From assembly GCA_963678065.2 (NCBI GenBank), contig CAXXVZ010000005.1, positions 1,056,001-1,120,000 on the forward strand: a DNA stretch of 64,000 nucleotides. Direction: 5' to 3'. Both the position numbers and the translations under genes were made by a program. Every line of letters begins with the position of its first letter. The first letter of the stretch is position 1. Below are positions 47,978-57,624 of this stretch, piece after piece. The DNA comes from Treponemataceae bacterium. GTDB taxonomy: Bacteria > Spirochaetota > Spirochaetia > Treponematales > Rectinemataceae. The notes beneath the pieces are model-generated. The model saw only the letters and a list, made by a program, of their open reading frames with translations, was not told where the DNA came from and ran no database searches.

Positions 47978-48793
47978 TCAAGTAGCCTGGTATTTCCTGC
48001 GGAACTGGCTCGGGGTGAGCGAGGTTATGCTCTTGAAGAGATGGCTGAAGTATTTCGCGTCCTCGAATCCGAGAATGTCGGCTATCTCCTCCATGGAGGC
48101 CGATTTGATGAGAAGCAGATGCTTCGCTTTCTCGATGCGCACGGCGTTGCGGTAGCGCATCGGCGTGGTGCCGAGGTGCTTCCTGAAGAGGCGGGAAAGG
48201 TAGGAAGGAGTGACGTAGGCCACATTCGCGAGCGTCTCCACGTCGAACGCTTCGGTGCAGTGCTCGTCGATATAGGCGCGGCAGCGGTCGAGGGCGGCGC
48301 ACTTCGACGGGCCGACGAGCATGAGCTTCTGCTCGATGAAGAGGAGGATCGACCTGAGCAGGTGCTCCTCGAGCTCGAGGAAGTGCTCTCCACGCCGAAC
48401 GTGGTTCCTGTGGGCGCTCTGGCAGAGCCAGCCGAGTTCTCCGTCGTCATCGCTGAGCTTGAAGGAAAACGGGAGCGTGGCCTTGGAGCCGAGTTCGAGC
48501 CAGAGGCAGACGATCTCCTGGCGACTCGTCGCGTCGAGTATCTCCCGGTGTATTACTCCAGGGGGATAGGCCACCAGGTCGAAGAGTGCGACACCGAGAG
48601 TCTCCCCCCCTGTCGCGACGCTCGCCTTGCCCTCGATGAAATAGATGAGCTCGAGGTAAGGGTGGGAGTGATCCTTCAGATTCCATATCTTGCTCTGCCC
48701 GTCGAAGCGCTCGCAAAACTTCAAAGATATGGACCCCTCCCTGGCCTCCCTCAAAAAGTGTAACACCTCTTTCTTCGCGGCATCGGTCAGCAT
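47978..48793 (-). CDS. AraC family transcriptional regulator
   Basis: Cupin motif HSHPYLEL; C-terminal YLSRLFRK..RIEKAK..GFEDAKYFS.LFK..TPSQFR. Confidence 0.92.
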   Translation of the reverse strand: MLTDAAKKEVLHFLREAREGSISLKFCERFDGQSKIWNLKDHSHPYLELIYFIEGKASVATGGETLGVALFDLVAYPPGVIHREILDATSRQEIVCLWLELGSKATLPFSFKLSDDDGELGWLCQSAHRNHVRRGEHFLELEEHLLRSILLFIEQKLMLVGPSKCAALDRCRAYIDEHCTEAFDVETLANVAYVTPSYLSRLFRKHLGTTPMRYRNAVRIEKAKHLLLIKSASMEEIADILGFEDAKYFSHLFKSITSLTPSQFRRKYQAT

Positions 48794-48966
48794 GTACGTG
48801 GCCCCTCGGGAGAAGGTCTATCCCGGCTCGCATGCCCAGTCCCCTGCGCATGCCAGTATTCAATATCGGCAATTCAGGAGCGTATATTGAAATCAATCGA
48901 TCGAGCCTTCATTGACGCCTTTTTTTACGCTTTCTTCGGCGCCGCCGACGATGAGTGAAGCATAAT

Positions 48967-49016
48967 AATTTCATATGAAATTTTACATTGACTAAATGTA
49001 ACTATCGAGCTATATT
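48967..49016 (+). promoter_or_regulatory. sigma70 promoter with two palindromes, probably leaderless
   Basis: AATTTCATATGAAATT (48967-48982); TTACATT-N5-AATGTAA (48983-49001); TTGACT, 17 bp, TATATT; ATG 7 nt later. Confidence 0.7.
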
Positions 49017-49023
49017 CAGCCCG

Positions 49024-49953
49024 ATGATATTCGATATCCAGAGATTCTCCACGCACGACGGGCCAGGGATCCGGACGGTAGTCTTTTTCAAGGGCTGCCC
49101 GCTGGCCTGCGCCTGGTGCGAGAACCCGGAGAGCCAGTCGTTCAGGCCGGAATTGCTCTACACACGATCCCGCTGCGTCGGCTGCGGCTCTTGCGTCGTG
49201 GCGGCCAAGGGTGGAGCAGTAGATTTGGATCCGGCCGGCGGAATCCTCATCGACCGCAGCCTCGAACCTCCGCCCGAGCTAGGGAATGTCTGTCCGGCCC
49301 TGGCCCTGAGAATCGCCGGGAGGGAAACCGGCGCGGGCGAAATCATGGCCGAGGTCTTTAAGGACAGAAGCTTCTTCGCCAAATCGGGCGGCGGGCTCAC
49401 GCTCTCCGGCGGCGAACCGCTCGCTCAGCTCGATTTCGCCATGACTCTCCTCGAGGCCGCGCTGGCCGAGGGGATCGACATCGCCATCGAGAGCTGCCTC
49501 TCGGTCCGCAGGTCGGCCGTCGAGCGGGCCGCGGCCCTGCCGCTTCACTGGCTTACCGATCTCAAGCACACCGACGCCGCGGCTTTCCGCGCCGGAACAG
49601 GCGGCGACGTCGCCATTCCGCTCGCAAATCTGGAATACCTTGCGAGCCTCGGCGCCGACCTCACCATCCGCGTGCCCGTAATCCCCGGCTTCAACGACGA
49701 CGAAGTCTCGATGGCCGGGATTCTCAAGTTCGTCGCCGGGCTCCCGCCACCGCCCGGGGGATCGGCCTACGACCGGGCCTCCGGTCGGCGCCGTGTGGAC
49801 CTGTTGCCCTACCACGATCTCGCCGCCGGCAAGTACGCCGCTCTGGGTCGAAGCTACGCCTTCCCCCCGGGGACGAAGGTGGAGGGCGCACACATGAAAG
49901 ACTACGCCGAGCATGGACGATCACTCGGCCTTGAAATTTCCATCGGAGGATGA
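49024..49953 (+). CDS. ybiY: Glycyl-radical enzyme activating protein
   Basis: MIFDIQRFSTHDGPGIRTVVFFKGCPLACAWCENPES, SGGEP, RVPVIPGFND, LLPYH. Confidence 0.88.
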   Translation: MIFDIQRFSTHDGPGIRTVVFFKGCPLACAWCENPESQSFRPELLYTRSRCVGCGSCVVAAKGGAVDLDPAGGILIDRSLEPPPELGNVCPALALRIAGRETGAGEIMAEVFKDRSFFAKSGGGLTLSGGEPLAQLDFAMTLLEAALAEGIDIAIESCLSVRRSAVERAAALPLHWLTDLKHTDAAAFRAGTGGDVAIPLANLEYLASLGADLTIRVPVIPGFNDDEVSMAGILKFVAGLPPPPGGSAYDRASGRRRVDLLPYHDLAAGKYAALGRSYAFPPGTKVEGAHMKDYAEHGRSLGLEISIGG

Positions 49954-49954
49954 A

Positions 49955-52342
49955 ATGAACAGTCGCCTCGAGCATCTCAAGGATGAGATTCTCTCAGCAG
50001 AACCGCGGCTCTGCGTCGAGAGGGCGCGGATATATACCCGCGTATACCGGGAGAGCGAGAGCCTCCCCATCGCGAGGAAGCGGGCGCTCGCCCTCCGCGC
50101 GACGCTCGAGGAGAGCGGCATCTACATAAACGACGGCGAGCTCATCGTCGGCAACACCGCCTCGCGGGCCAGATCAGCCGCGATCTTTCCCGAGTACGCC
50201 GTCGCCTGGATCTTCAAGGAGATCGACGGCATCGACGACAGACCCGCCGAGTCCTACGGAGCCACGGACGAAATGAAGGCCGAGATCGTTGAGCTCTGTT
50301 CCTGGTGGAAGGGCAGGACCCTGCAGGACAGGGCCGAAGCCAACTTCAGCCCCGTCCTCGAGGCCATCAACGAGTCGGGTATCGTCCACGCCGAGGGAAA
50401 CATGACCGCCGGCGACGGACACATCGCGGCCAACATGGGCCGTGTCCTCGAGCTCGGTATCGGCGGCTACGCGGCCTATGTCCGGCGCATGAACGACGCC
50501 CTCGACCTCGTCGGCTACGAGGACCTCAAGAAGCGCCAGCTCTACCTCGCCATGCTCGACTCGCTCGCCGGCCTCTCGACCTGGATCCGCCGCTACGAAG
50601 CCCTCGCCCGTGACCAGGCCACGGCCTGCACAAACCCCATCCGCAAGACCGAACTCGAGGAGATCACCCTGACCTGCTCAGGCATAGCTGAGGATGCCCC
50701 GACCAGCTTCCGCCAGGCCCTCCAGCTCACCTGCTTCATCCAGCTGGCCCTCCAGATCGAGTCGAACGGCCACTCACTCTCCCTCGGGCGGATGGACCAG
50801 TACCTCTATGACTTCTACCGAAAAGACGCCCAGTCGGGGCTCATCACTCCCGAGCAAGCCAAGGAACTCCTCTCCTGCACCTGGCTCAAGCTCCTCGCCG
50901 TCAAGAAAGTGCGCTCCTGGTCCCACACCCGCTTCTCCGCGGGCGGCCCTCTTTATCAGAACGTGACGATCGGCGGCGTCACCCGGGACGGGAGGGACGC
51001 GGTCAACGAACTTTCCCACCTGATTCTAGAATCGGTGGGCGACATGAAGCTGACCCAGCCCAACCTCTCTGTCCGCTACCACAGAGGCATGAGCGACGAG
51101 TTCCTAAAGGCTGCCATCGAGGTCATCAAGCGCGGTTTCGGGATGCCCGCCTTCAACAACGACGAAGTGGTCATCCCCGGCATGCGGAAGCTCGGCGTGA
51201 GTCTCGAGGACGCCCGCGACTACTCGGCCATCGGCTGCATCGAGGTGGCCGTACCCGGCAAATGGGGCTATCGCACGACGGGCATGAGCTTCCTCAACCT
51301 GATGCGGGTCTTCCTCGCCACGATCAACGATGGAAAGGACACGAAAACCGGCCAGACCTTCCACGGCGGCACGGGATCCCTCGAGTCCTTCAGGAGCTTC
51401 GACGAGCTGATGGCCGCCTGGAAGGACCAGCTCGCCTACTACGCGAAGGCCTCGGTCGGGATCGACACAGCCATCGACACAGCCCTCGAGGAGCTCGTGC
51501 CCGATATCCTCTGCTCGACCTTCACCGACGACTGCATCGCCCGCGGCAAGCACATCAAGGAAGGCGGAGCGGTCTACGACTACGTTTCCGGCCTCCAAGT
51601 CGGGATCGCGAATCTCGGGAACTCCCTGGCCGCCGTCAAGAAATTCGTCTTCGAGGAGCGCTCCGTCACGCCGAAGGAGCTTCACGACGCGCTCGCGTCG
51701 GACTTCGCCGACGCAAGCGGAGAACTTCTCCGCTTGCGCCTCCTCAACCAGGCGCCGAAGTACGGCAACGACGATGACTACGTCGACTCCCTCGTCGTCG
51801 AGGCCTATGGCGCCTACGTCGGAGAGATGGCCAAGTACCACAACACCCGGTACGGGCGCGGGCCCATCGGCGGAGGTTACTACCCCGGGACCTCCAGCAT
51901 CTCGGCCAACGTCCCCTCCGGCTCGGTCGTGCCGGCTACGCCGGACGGACGCCACGCCTGGACTCCCCTCGCGGAGGGCTGCTCGCCTACGCAGGGCACG
52001 GATACCCGCGGGCCCACCGCCGTCTTCAAATCGATAACGAAGCTCCCCACGATGGACATCTTCGGGGGCGTCCTCCTCAACCAGAAGCTCACGCCCCAGA
52101 TGCTCTCAGGCGACGGGCAGAGGGACAAGCTCATCGCCCTCCTCCGAACCTTCTTCGACGATTTCACCGGCTGGCACGTGCAGTACAACATCGTCTCGCG
52201 CGAGACCCTCCTCGACGCCAAGAAGAACCCCGCGAAGCATCGAGACCTCGTCGTCAGGGTCGCCGGCTACTCGGCCTATTTCAACGACTTGGCCGCCGAG
52301 ACGCAGGACGATATCATAGCCAGGACCGAACAGGAGCTCTGA
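49955..52342 (+). CDS. ybiW: Glycyl radical enzyme, YbiW (PflF)-like
   Basis: GCIE loop and VRVAGY. AEGNMT.GD.H, QIESNGHS, PLYQNVTIGG, GKWGYR.TGMSF and GTSSISANVP match E. coli YbiW as remembered. Confidence 0.9.
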   Translation: MNSRLEHLKDEILSAEPRLCVERARIYTRVYRESESLPIARKRALALRATLEESGIYINDGELIVGNTASRARSAAIFPEYAVAWIFKEIDGIDDRPAESYGATDEMKAEIVELCSWWKGRTLQDRAEANFSPVLEAINESGIVHAEGNMTAGDGHIAANMGRVLELGIGGYAAYVRRMNDALDLVGYEDLKKRQLYLAMLDSLAGLSTWIRRYEALARDQATACTNPIRKTELEEITLTCSGIAEDAPTSFRQALQLTCFIQLALQIESNGHSLSLGRMDQYLYDFYRKDAQSGLITPEQAKELLSCTWLKLLAVKKVRSWSHTRFSAGGPLYQNVTIGGVTRDGRDAVNELSHLILESVGDMKLTQPNLSVRYHRGMSDEFLKAAIEVIKRGFGMPAFNNDEVVIPGMRKLGVSLEDARDYSAIGCIEVAVPGKWGYRTTGMSFLNLMRVFLATINDGKDTKTGQTFHGGTGSLESFRSFDELMAAWKDQLAYYAKASVGIDTAIDTALEELVPDILCSTFTDDCIARGKHIKEGGAVYDYVSGLQVGIANLGNSLAAVKKFVFEERSVTPKELHDALASDFADASGELLRLRLLNQAPKYGNDDDYVDSLVVEAYGAYVGEMAKYHNTRYGRGPIGGGYYPGTSSISANVPSGSVVPATPDGRHAWTPLAEGCSPTQGTDTRGPTAVFKSITKLPTMDIFGGVLLNQKLTPQMLSGDGQRDKLIALLRTFFDDFTGWHVQYNIVSRETLLDAKKNPAKHRDLVVRVAGYSAYFNDLAAETQDDIIARTEQEL

Positions 52343-53322
52343 TGGCGATGGCGGAGAGAAGGTACAGGATAGGCGTCGACCTCGGGGGAACGAAGCTCGC
52401 GGTCGGCGTCGTGGACTCTAAAGGGAGAATCGTCGGCGAGGCCGTGACCTACGACCACAAATGCCTGGCCGAGGAAGCGGTGCTGGACTGCATGGAGCGG
52501 AACATCGACGCGGCCCTGTCCAAGGCGGGATCCAGCCGCGCTGAAGTGAAGGGCGTCGGCGTCCTCTTCCCCGGCCACATACGCTGGCCCGAAGGCGTGA
52601 CCCTCACCACCTCGAACCTGCCCGGTTTCAAGGGCTTTCCCTTGCGCGAGAGGATGGAGGCGCGGCTTGGGATTCCCTGCCTGGCCGACAACGACGCAAA
52701 CGCTCAAGGCCTCGGCGAGTACCGCTACGGGGCGGGAATCGGCCTCGACCCGCTCGTCTTCCTGACCGTGTCCACCGGCATAGGCGGCGGCATCGTCATC
52801 GACGGCAAACTGTACCGCGGATTCACCGGGACGGCTGGCGAGTTCGGTCACATGATCGTCGACGCCTCCGGAGGCGGACGATGCACCTGCGGGAACCGCG
52901 GCTGCCTCATGGGCGTCGCTTCAGGCATCGCCCTACCCGAAACAGCCAGGCGCCTGGCCGACCGCCTCGAGCGCGAAGGCGCCTGCACCGATCTGCCGGG
53001 CGACTGCGACGATTTCTCCGGGCTCGACGGAGCCACGCTCGCCGCGGGTTGCGCCGACGGGAACGAGCTTTGCCGGGCAGTGGTGGAGGAATACGCGCGA
53101 TACATCGGCATAGGCATGTACAATGTTTTCCAGGTCCTCAATCCCCAAGGCATCGTCCTCGGCGGCGGCCTCCTGAATCTCCCCGATTTCTTCTTCGATA
53201 CGGCGGTCGCGACCTGCTACGATCTCGCGGGCCCGATGATGTACGACCGCGTGGTGATCAAGCGGGGCCTTCTCGGCGGCGCGGCGGCGGTCATCGGGGC
53301 AGCTGCCCTATTCGAAGCATGA
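52342..53322 (+). CDS. ROK family sugar kinase
   Basis: GVDLGGT, DNDANA, STGIGGG, AGEFGH, CTCGNRGC; no HTH domain. Confidence 0.9.
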   Translation: MAMAERRYRIGVDLGGTKLAVGVVDSKGRIVGEAVTYDHKCLAEEAVLDCMERNIDAALSKAGSSRAEVKGVGVLFPGHIRWPEGVTLTTSNLPGFKGFPLRERMEARLGIPCLADNDANAQGLGEYRYGAGIGLDPLVFLTVSTGIGGGIVIDGKLYRGFTGTAGEFGHMIVDASGGGRCTCGNRGCLMGVASGIALPETARRLADRLEREGACTDLPGDCDDFSGLDGATLAAGCADGNELCRAVVEEYARYIGIGMYNVFQVLNPQGIVLGGGLLNLPDFFFDTAVATCYDLAGPMMYDRVVIKRGLLGGAAAVIGAAALFEA

Positions 53323-53333
53323 GAAAGTGAAAC

Positions 53334-53373
53334 ATGGGCCCTGCTGGACTTGAACCAGCGACCTGCGGATTAT
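53334..53373 (-). repeat. tRNA(CAT) 3'-half duplication, att-like site 1
   Basis: Minus strand ATAATCCGCAGGTCGCTGGTTCAAGTCCAGCAGGGCCCA has a T-arm and acceptor 3' strand but no 5' half; 38/40 identical to 61929-61968. Confidence 0.85.
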
Positions 53374-53486
53374 ACGATCCGGTAGATGCCCGTTACCTGT
53401 ATACATTGGGAGAAGCTGCATCCCTTGATCCCTGAACGCGTATTTCATGACCGCAAGGCAAGCCGGCAAACATCATCGCGTTTCCC

Positions 53487-54467
53487 TCATTGCCAGGGTA
53501 TGATCTGGCAATGAGGGAAAGACGGTGAGTTCGCGATCGTTTGAATGACGTACTTCGTCAGCGCGGCGTCGTCGACATCGATGGCGAAACGATGCGGGCC
53601 GCCGACCGGATCGAAATCGATGCTCGTCACCCCATAGGCCTCGTCGCCGTCGAGGCCTATGTCTATCCTGCAGGATTTGAAGCTGAATAGACCAGGGTCG
53701 TAAAAATAAGCGATCGGAAAGGCGTCGTGGAAGTAGCCGGCGCAGTAGTCCTGGCCGTACAGCTCAGCCTTGAACCGCATGAAGCCCAGGACGCTTTCGT
53801 GGATGTCCCTGACAAGAGGCGAATCGGAGGCCGCCCAGGGAGCGAGATCCTGCGGAAGCACCTTGCGCTTCTTGGTGACATCGAGTCCAAAGACCCTGAC
53901 CGGCAGGCCTGAACCGAATATAATCGCGGCTGCCATCGGATCGACCCAGATGTTGAATTCGGCCAAGCCGTGCAGGCCCCTGACCTCTCGGGAACCGCCC
54001 ATCATGACGATCTCCTCGATCTTCGAGACGATCGCCGGCTCCTTCGCCAAGGCCATCCCGAGGTTCGTGAGAGGGCCTATGGCGACTATCGTCAGAGGCG
54101 CGGGTGCTTCGGCGAGAGTCTTCAGGATCAGGTCGACGGAATCGATTTTCGGCGCGTCCTCAGGCCTTACGACCTTCTCCTCAGCCGCCCTGTCCCACAC
54201 TTCGAATTTTATCTTCGACCGCGGATCGAGGGGCATCGCCGAACTCCAGGCATGGGGGATGGAGGACATTCCGATCCGCGACAGAAATCCGTGCAGATTG
54301 CGGCTCGCCCTTTCCGGTGAGACATTCCCCCCTACCGGCGTGATAGCGGCGATTTCCAGTCCAGGGATGGACATGGCGAGGATGAGGGCGAGAACATCGT
54401 CGGCGTCGGCCTTCGGTGATCCGAAGGCGATATCGGTGTCGATGAGGATGGATCTCCGTGCGTTCAT
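53487..54467 (-). CDS. Nucleoside hydrolase (IU-NH family)
   Basis: IDTD...DDVLAL, GNV, IGPLTN, MGG, AEFNIWVDP, GLDVT, HDA. Confidence 0.88.
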   Translation of the reverse strand: MNARRSILIDTDIAFGSPKADADDVLALILAMSIPGLEIAAITPVGGNVSPERASRNLHGFLSRIGMSSIPHAWSSAMPLDPRSKIKFEVWDRAAEEKVVRPEDAPKIDSVDLILKTLAEAPAPLTIVAIGPLTNLGMALAKEPAIVSKIEEIVMMGGSREVRGLHGLAEFNIWVDPMAAAIIFGSGLPVRVFGLDVTKKRKVLPQDLAPWAASDSPLVRDIHESVLGFMRFKAELYGQDYCAGYFHDAFPIAYFYDPGLFSFKSCRIDIGLDGDEAYGVTSIDFDPVGGPHRFAIDVDDAALTKYVIQTIANSPSFPHCQIIPWQ

Positions 54468-54610
54468 AGAGGCTCTCCCGAAACGAGAACTATCCCCGAA
54501 GGGCCGCGCCTGGATGCCGTCTTGGGACGACGCCGCGGCAATGTCCGGGGTGCGGCCCGGCAGCGCCCGAGGCGTCGTCGCGCCGGTCCCCAGACGCATA
54601 TCGCTCCGAC

Positions 54611-55891
54611 CTACTCGTTCAGCAGCTTGTCGATCGCCTTCTGGGCATCGGAGAACACGCTGTCTATGTTCTGGCCGTTGACCCACACCGCGTCGAGGGC
54701 GGACTTGACGACATTGATCGCTTCATTATAGCCGGGATTCGTCGGGCGCCCATCGGCGAAGGCCATCTGGTCGATCGCCACCTTGAACTGCGGCAGCGCG
54801 GCGTATATGGCCTTCATTGTCGGAGAGTCGATAGCGCTTTTGCGGCTCGGCATGTATCCCGTTTTGGAGCTCGTGAACACAGTCTGTTCGGTCGCCGTCG
54901 CCCACTTGAGGAATTCCCAGGCCGCGTCCTTTTCCTGCTTTGTTCCCTTGCTGGAGATCAGGATATTTGAGCCTCCCACCGAGGTTCCATAGTTCGCGAA
55001 CTTCGGCATGAAGGCCGTGTTCACCGTGAAGCCGGCGTTTTTGCCCATGCCCATGAAGGTCGTGATCCCCGCCGTCGAGTAGAACCACATGGCCGCCCTC
55101 TGGTTCGTGACATCCGACATGATCTTGGCGGAATCGGCGCTCGCCATGACCCGGATGTAGCCCGCATCCTTGAGATCCCTCCAGAACTTCACCGCGTCGC
55201 GGGACGCCTTCGTGTTGATGTTGGTGGTCTTCTCATCGTCGCTTAGTATGGAGGTCCCGGCCTCGAGGAGAATTACCTCCATAAACCAGGGATCGCTCGC
55301 CAGGGTGAGTCCGTAGGCGCCGGTCTTCTCCTTGATGGTCTTGCAGTAGCGGGCCAGATCATCCCAGGTCTTCGGCCCCGCAGGGTCTAGGCCGGCCTGC
55401 TTGAGGAGGGTCGTGTTCATGTACAGGATGAGGTTTGAGGACATGAAGGGCAGCCCGTAGAGCTTGCCGTTGTACTTGCAGCTCTTGAGGAAGGAGGGCT
55501 GGAAATCGCCGACATCCAGCTTGTCGGCGGCGACACGGGCGTCGAGGGGTTCCATGAGGCCGCTCATGGCCATCATGCTGGTCACGCCCACGTCCAGCAC
55601 GAAGATGTTGGGCGGATTGCCGGCGATGGTGGCGGCCTGCACCTTCTGCAGAACATCCGAATATCCTCCCTGCGTGGACCCGGTGACATGGATTCCCTTC
55701 TGCTTTCCCACGGTCTCGTTGAAATTCTTGATCAGGGTCTCGTTGGTTTCCTGAACCACGCCTGAATATGCGTACCAGTAATTGAGCTCTATGGGCTTGG
55801 CTTGCGCCGCCAGGGTCTGAGCCCCCAAGAGCGCCAGGGCGATAGCGGCCAGGAAAACCCCAGCGCCGCGAATCTCAAGACTCCTTGCCAT
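54611..55891 (-). CDS. ABC transporter substrate-binding protein (UgpB-like)
   Basis: Signal peptide, LYGLPF.SS..LY.N, PKTWDDL, AAWEFLKW, TGYMP. Confidence 0.85.
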   Translation of the reverse strand: MARSLEIRGAGVFLAAIALALLGAQTLAAQAKPIELNYWYAYSGVVQETNETLIKNFNETVGKQKGIHVTGSTQGGYSDVLQKVQAATIAGNPPNIFVLDVGVTSMMAMSGLMEPLDARVAADKLDVGDFQPSFLKSCKYNGKLYGLPFMSSNLILYMNTTLLKQAGLDPAGPKTWDDLARYCKTIKEKTGAYGLTLASDPWFMEVILLEAGTSILSDDEKTTNINTKASRDAVKFWRDLKDAGYIRVMASADSAKIMSDVTNQRAAMWFYSTAGITTFMGMGKNAGFTVNTAFMPKFANYGTSVGGSNILISSKGTKQEKDAAWEFLKWATATEQTVFTSSKTGYMPSRKSAIDSPTMKAIYAALPQFKVAIDQMAFADGRPTNPGYNEAINVVKSALDAVWVNGQNIDSVFSDAQKAIDKLLNE

Positions 55892-55911
55892 ATCCGACTC
55901 CTTTAGTAGAG

Positions 55912-56748
55912 CTATTTTTCACCCATATAGGTGAAGGCTTTCGTTATCCTTTGCTGAGCGATGAGGTAGATGAGCAAGACGGGGACGATCAAGATAAGAT
56001 TGCCGGCCATCACGACGTTGTAGGGTATGGATATTCCGCTATCCAGCAACTTCAGCGAGGCTACACCCACGGGAAGCGTGCGAACGGCCTCGCTTGTCGT
56101 GAGCACGAGGGGCCAGAAGTAATCGTTCCAGGTGCCGATGAAGGTGATGAGGCCGAGGGCCGAAATCGTGGGCATCGCTATCGGGATCATGATGCGTAAG
56201 ATGATGGAGAGTTCCGAAGCCTTGTCCATGCGAGCCGCTTCGAGGATTTCCTCCGGCACCTGCCTGAACGTCTGCCTGAGCATGAAGATCCCGAAGGCGC
56301 TCGCCGCCTGCGGCAAAATGAGGGACGCGTAGTGGTTGATGAGGCCGAAGCGGTTCATCAGCAGAAACACGGGCAGAAAGACCAGCTGCGGCGGGATCAT
56401 CACCGAGGCCAAGGTGAGCCCGAAAAAGATGCCGCTGCCCTTGAAGCTGTATCGGGCGAAGGCGTAGGCCGCCGGCACGACCGTGAAGACTTGGCAGAGG
56501 ATGATGGACCCCGAGACGAGAATGCTGTTCCAGAGGTATTTCCAGAAGGGGAAGGCGCCGAAGGCCACCGCGAAGTTATCCCAGCTGGGATGGGCCGTCC
56601 AGAAGGTCGGCGGGAACTGGAGCATCTCCCCCTTCGATTTGATAGCCGTCAGGGCCATCCAGTAGAAAGGGACGAAGTACACGAGGAAAATCAGGAGGGA
56701 AACGAGGAGTCGGCCCGTCAGCGAGGCCGCGCGTCGCGATCGTATCAT
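55912..56748 (-). CDS. Carbohydrate ABC permease (UgpE-like)
   Basis: AAYAFAR, EAARMD loop, WNDYFWP. Confidence 0.9.
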   Translation of the reverse strand: MIRSRRAASLTGRLLVSLLIFLVYFVPFYWMALTAIKSKGEMLQFPPTFWTAHPSWDNFAVAFGAFPFWKYLWNSILVSGSIILCQVFTVVPAAYAFARYSFKGSGIFFGLTLASVMIPPQLVFLPVFLLMNRFGLINHYASLILPQAASAFGIFMLRQTFRQVPEEILEAARMDKASELSIILRIMIPIAMPTISALGLITFIGTWNDYFWPLVLTTSEAVRTLPVGVASLKLLDSGISIPYNVVMAGNLILIVPVLLIYLIAQQRITKAFTYMGEK

Positions 56749-56757
56749 CGCCGCCCC

Positions 56758-57624
56758 CTATCGGTAATGGACCCTGCGGTCCAGAACCATGAAATACGCG
56801 ATGGTGAACAGCCCAATGAACAGCATCATGACGACGCCCACGGCCGAGGCGTACCCTATCTTGAAGAACTGGAAACCATTCTGGTAAATGTAGTAGACGA
56901 AGGTGTTCGTCGAGTTGGACGGTCCCCCCTGGGTCATCAGGGCCACGGTCTCGAAAGCCTTGAGGGAGGCGATCATGTTCGTGAGAGCGAGGAAGAAAAG
57001 CGTGGGGGAGATCATCGGCAAGGTGATCGAGCGAAACACCGAAAAAGGTTTGGCCTTGTCGAGCTCGGCGGCTTCATAGAGGTACTCCGGAATAGCCTGG
57101 AGGGCCGAGGCCAGGATCAGCGTGTTGAACCCGAGACCTTTCCACACCGACACGACAACCAGGGAGGTGAGCGCCACGCGGCTGTCGGAGAGCCAATCGA
57201 CGGGTTTGATCCCGAATAGGCCGAGGATGAAGTTCAGCAGTCCATAGTCTAGATCCATGAACCAGAGCCAGATGAGGGAGACCGACACCAGGGAAATGAT
57301 ATAGGGGGCGAAGATCGAAGCCCGGAGGAAGCCGTTGAGCGCCGTCTTCTTTCTGAGAAAGAGAGCGACCGCCAGGGAGATGACGATCGAGAGGAGGACA
57401 CTCAACGCCATGTAGTAGAGGGAGTTGGAGAAAACCTTGCCGAATTCCTTGCTTGAGAGAAGATCCGCGTAATTCTTGAGTCCTATAAAGATCTTCGGAC
57501 CGAGCATGTTCCATTTGAAAAAGCTCAGGTAAAGCATGTAGATGATGGGGTAGAGGGCGAAGATCGCGAAAATGGTCATGGCGGGGGCGATCATAACGTA
57601 GGGTCTGGCCTTGAGGGCTTTCAT
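56758..57624 (-). CDS. Carbohydrate ABC permease (UgpA-like)
   Basis: Start MKALKARPY; LQAIP..LYEAAELD, ITLPMISP, GYASA. Confidence 0.9.
   Translation of the reverse strand: MKALKARPYVMIAPAMTIFAIFALYPIIYMLYLSFFKWNMLGPKIFIGLKNYADLLSSKEFGKVFSNSLYYMALSVLLSIVISLAVALFLRKKTALNGFLRASIFAPYIISLVSVSLIWLWFMDLDYGLLNFILGLFGIKPVDWLSDSRVALTSLVVVSVWKGLGFNTLILASALQAIPEYLYEAAELDKAKPFSVFRSITLPMISPTLFFLALTNMIASLKAFETVALMTQGGPSNSTNTFVYYIYQNGFQFFKIGYASAVGVVMMLFIGLFTIAYFMVLDRRVHYR

Noticed and set aside
40641..52342. Calling the GREs pyruvate formate-lyase
   Set aside because: Both have a single Cys (GCVE, GCIE), not the adjacent Cys-Cys pair of PFL.
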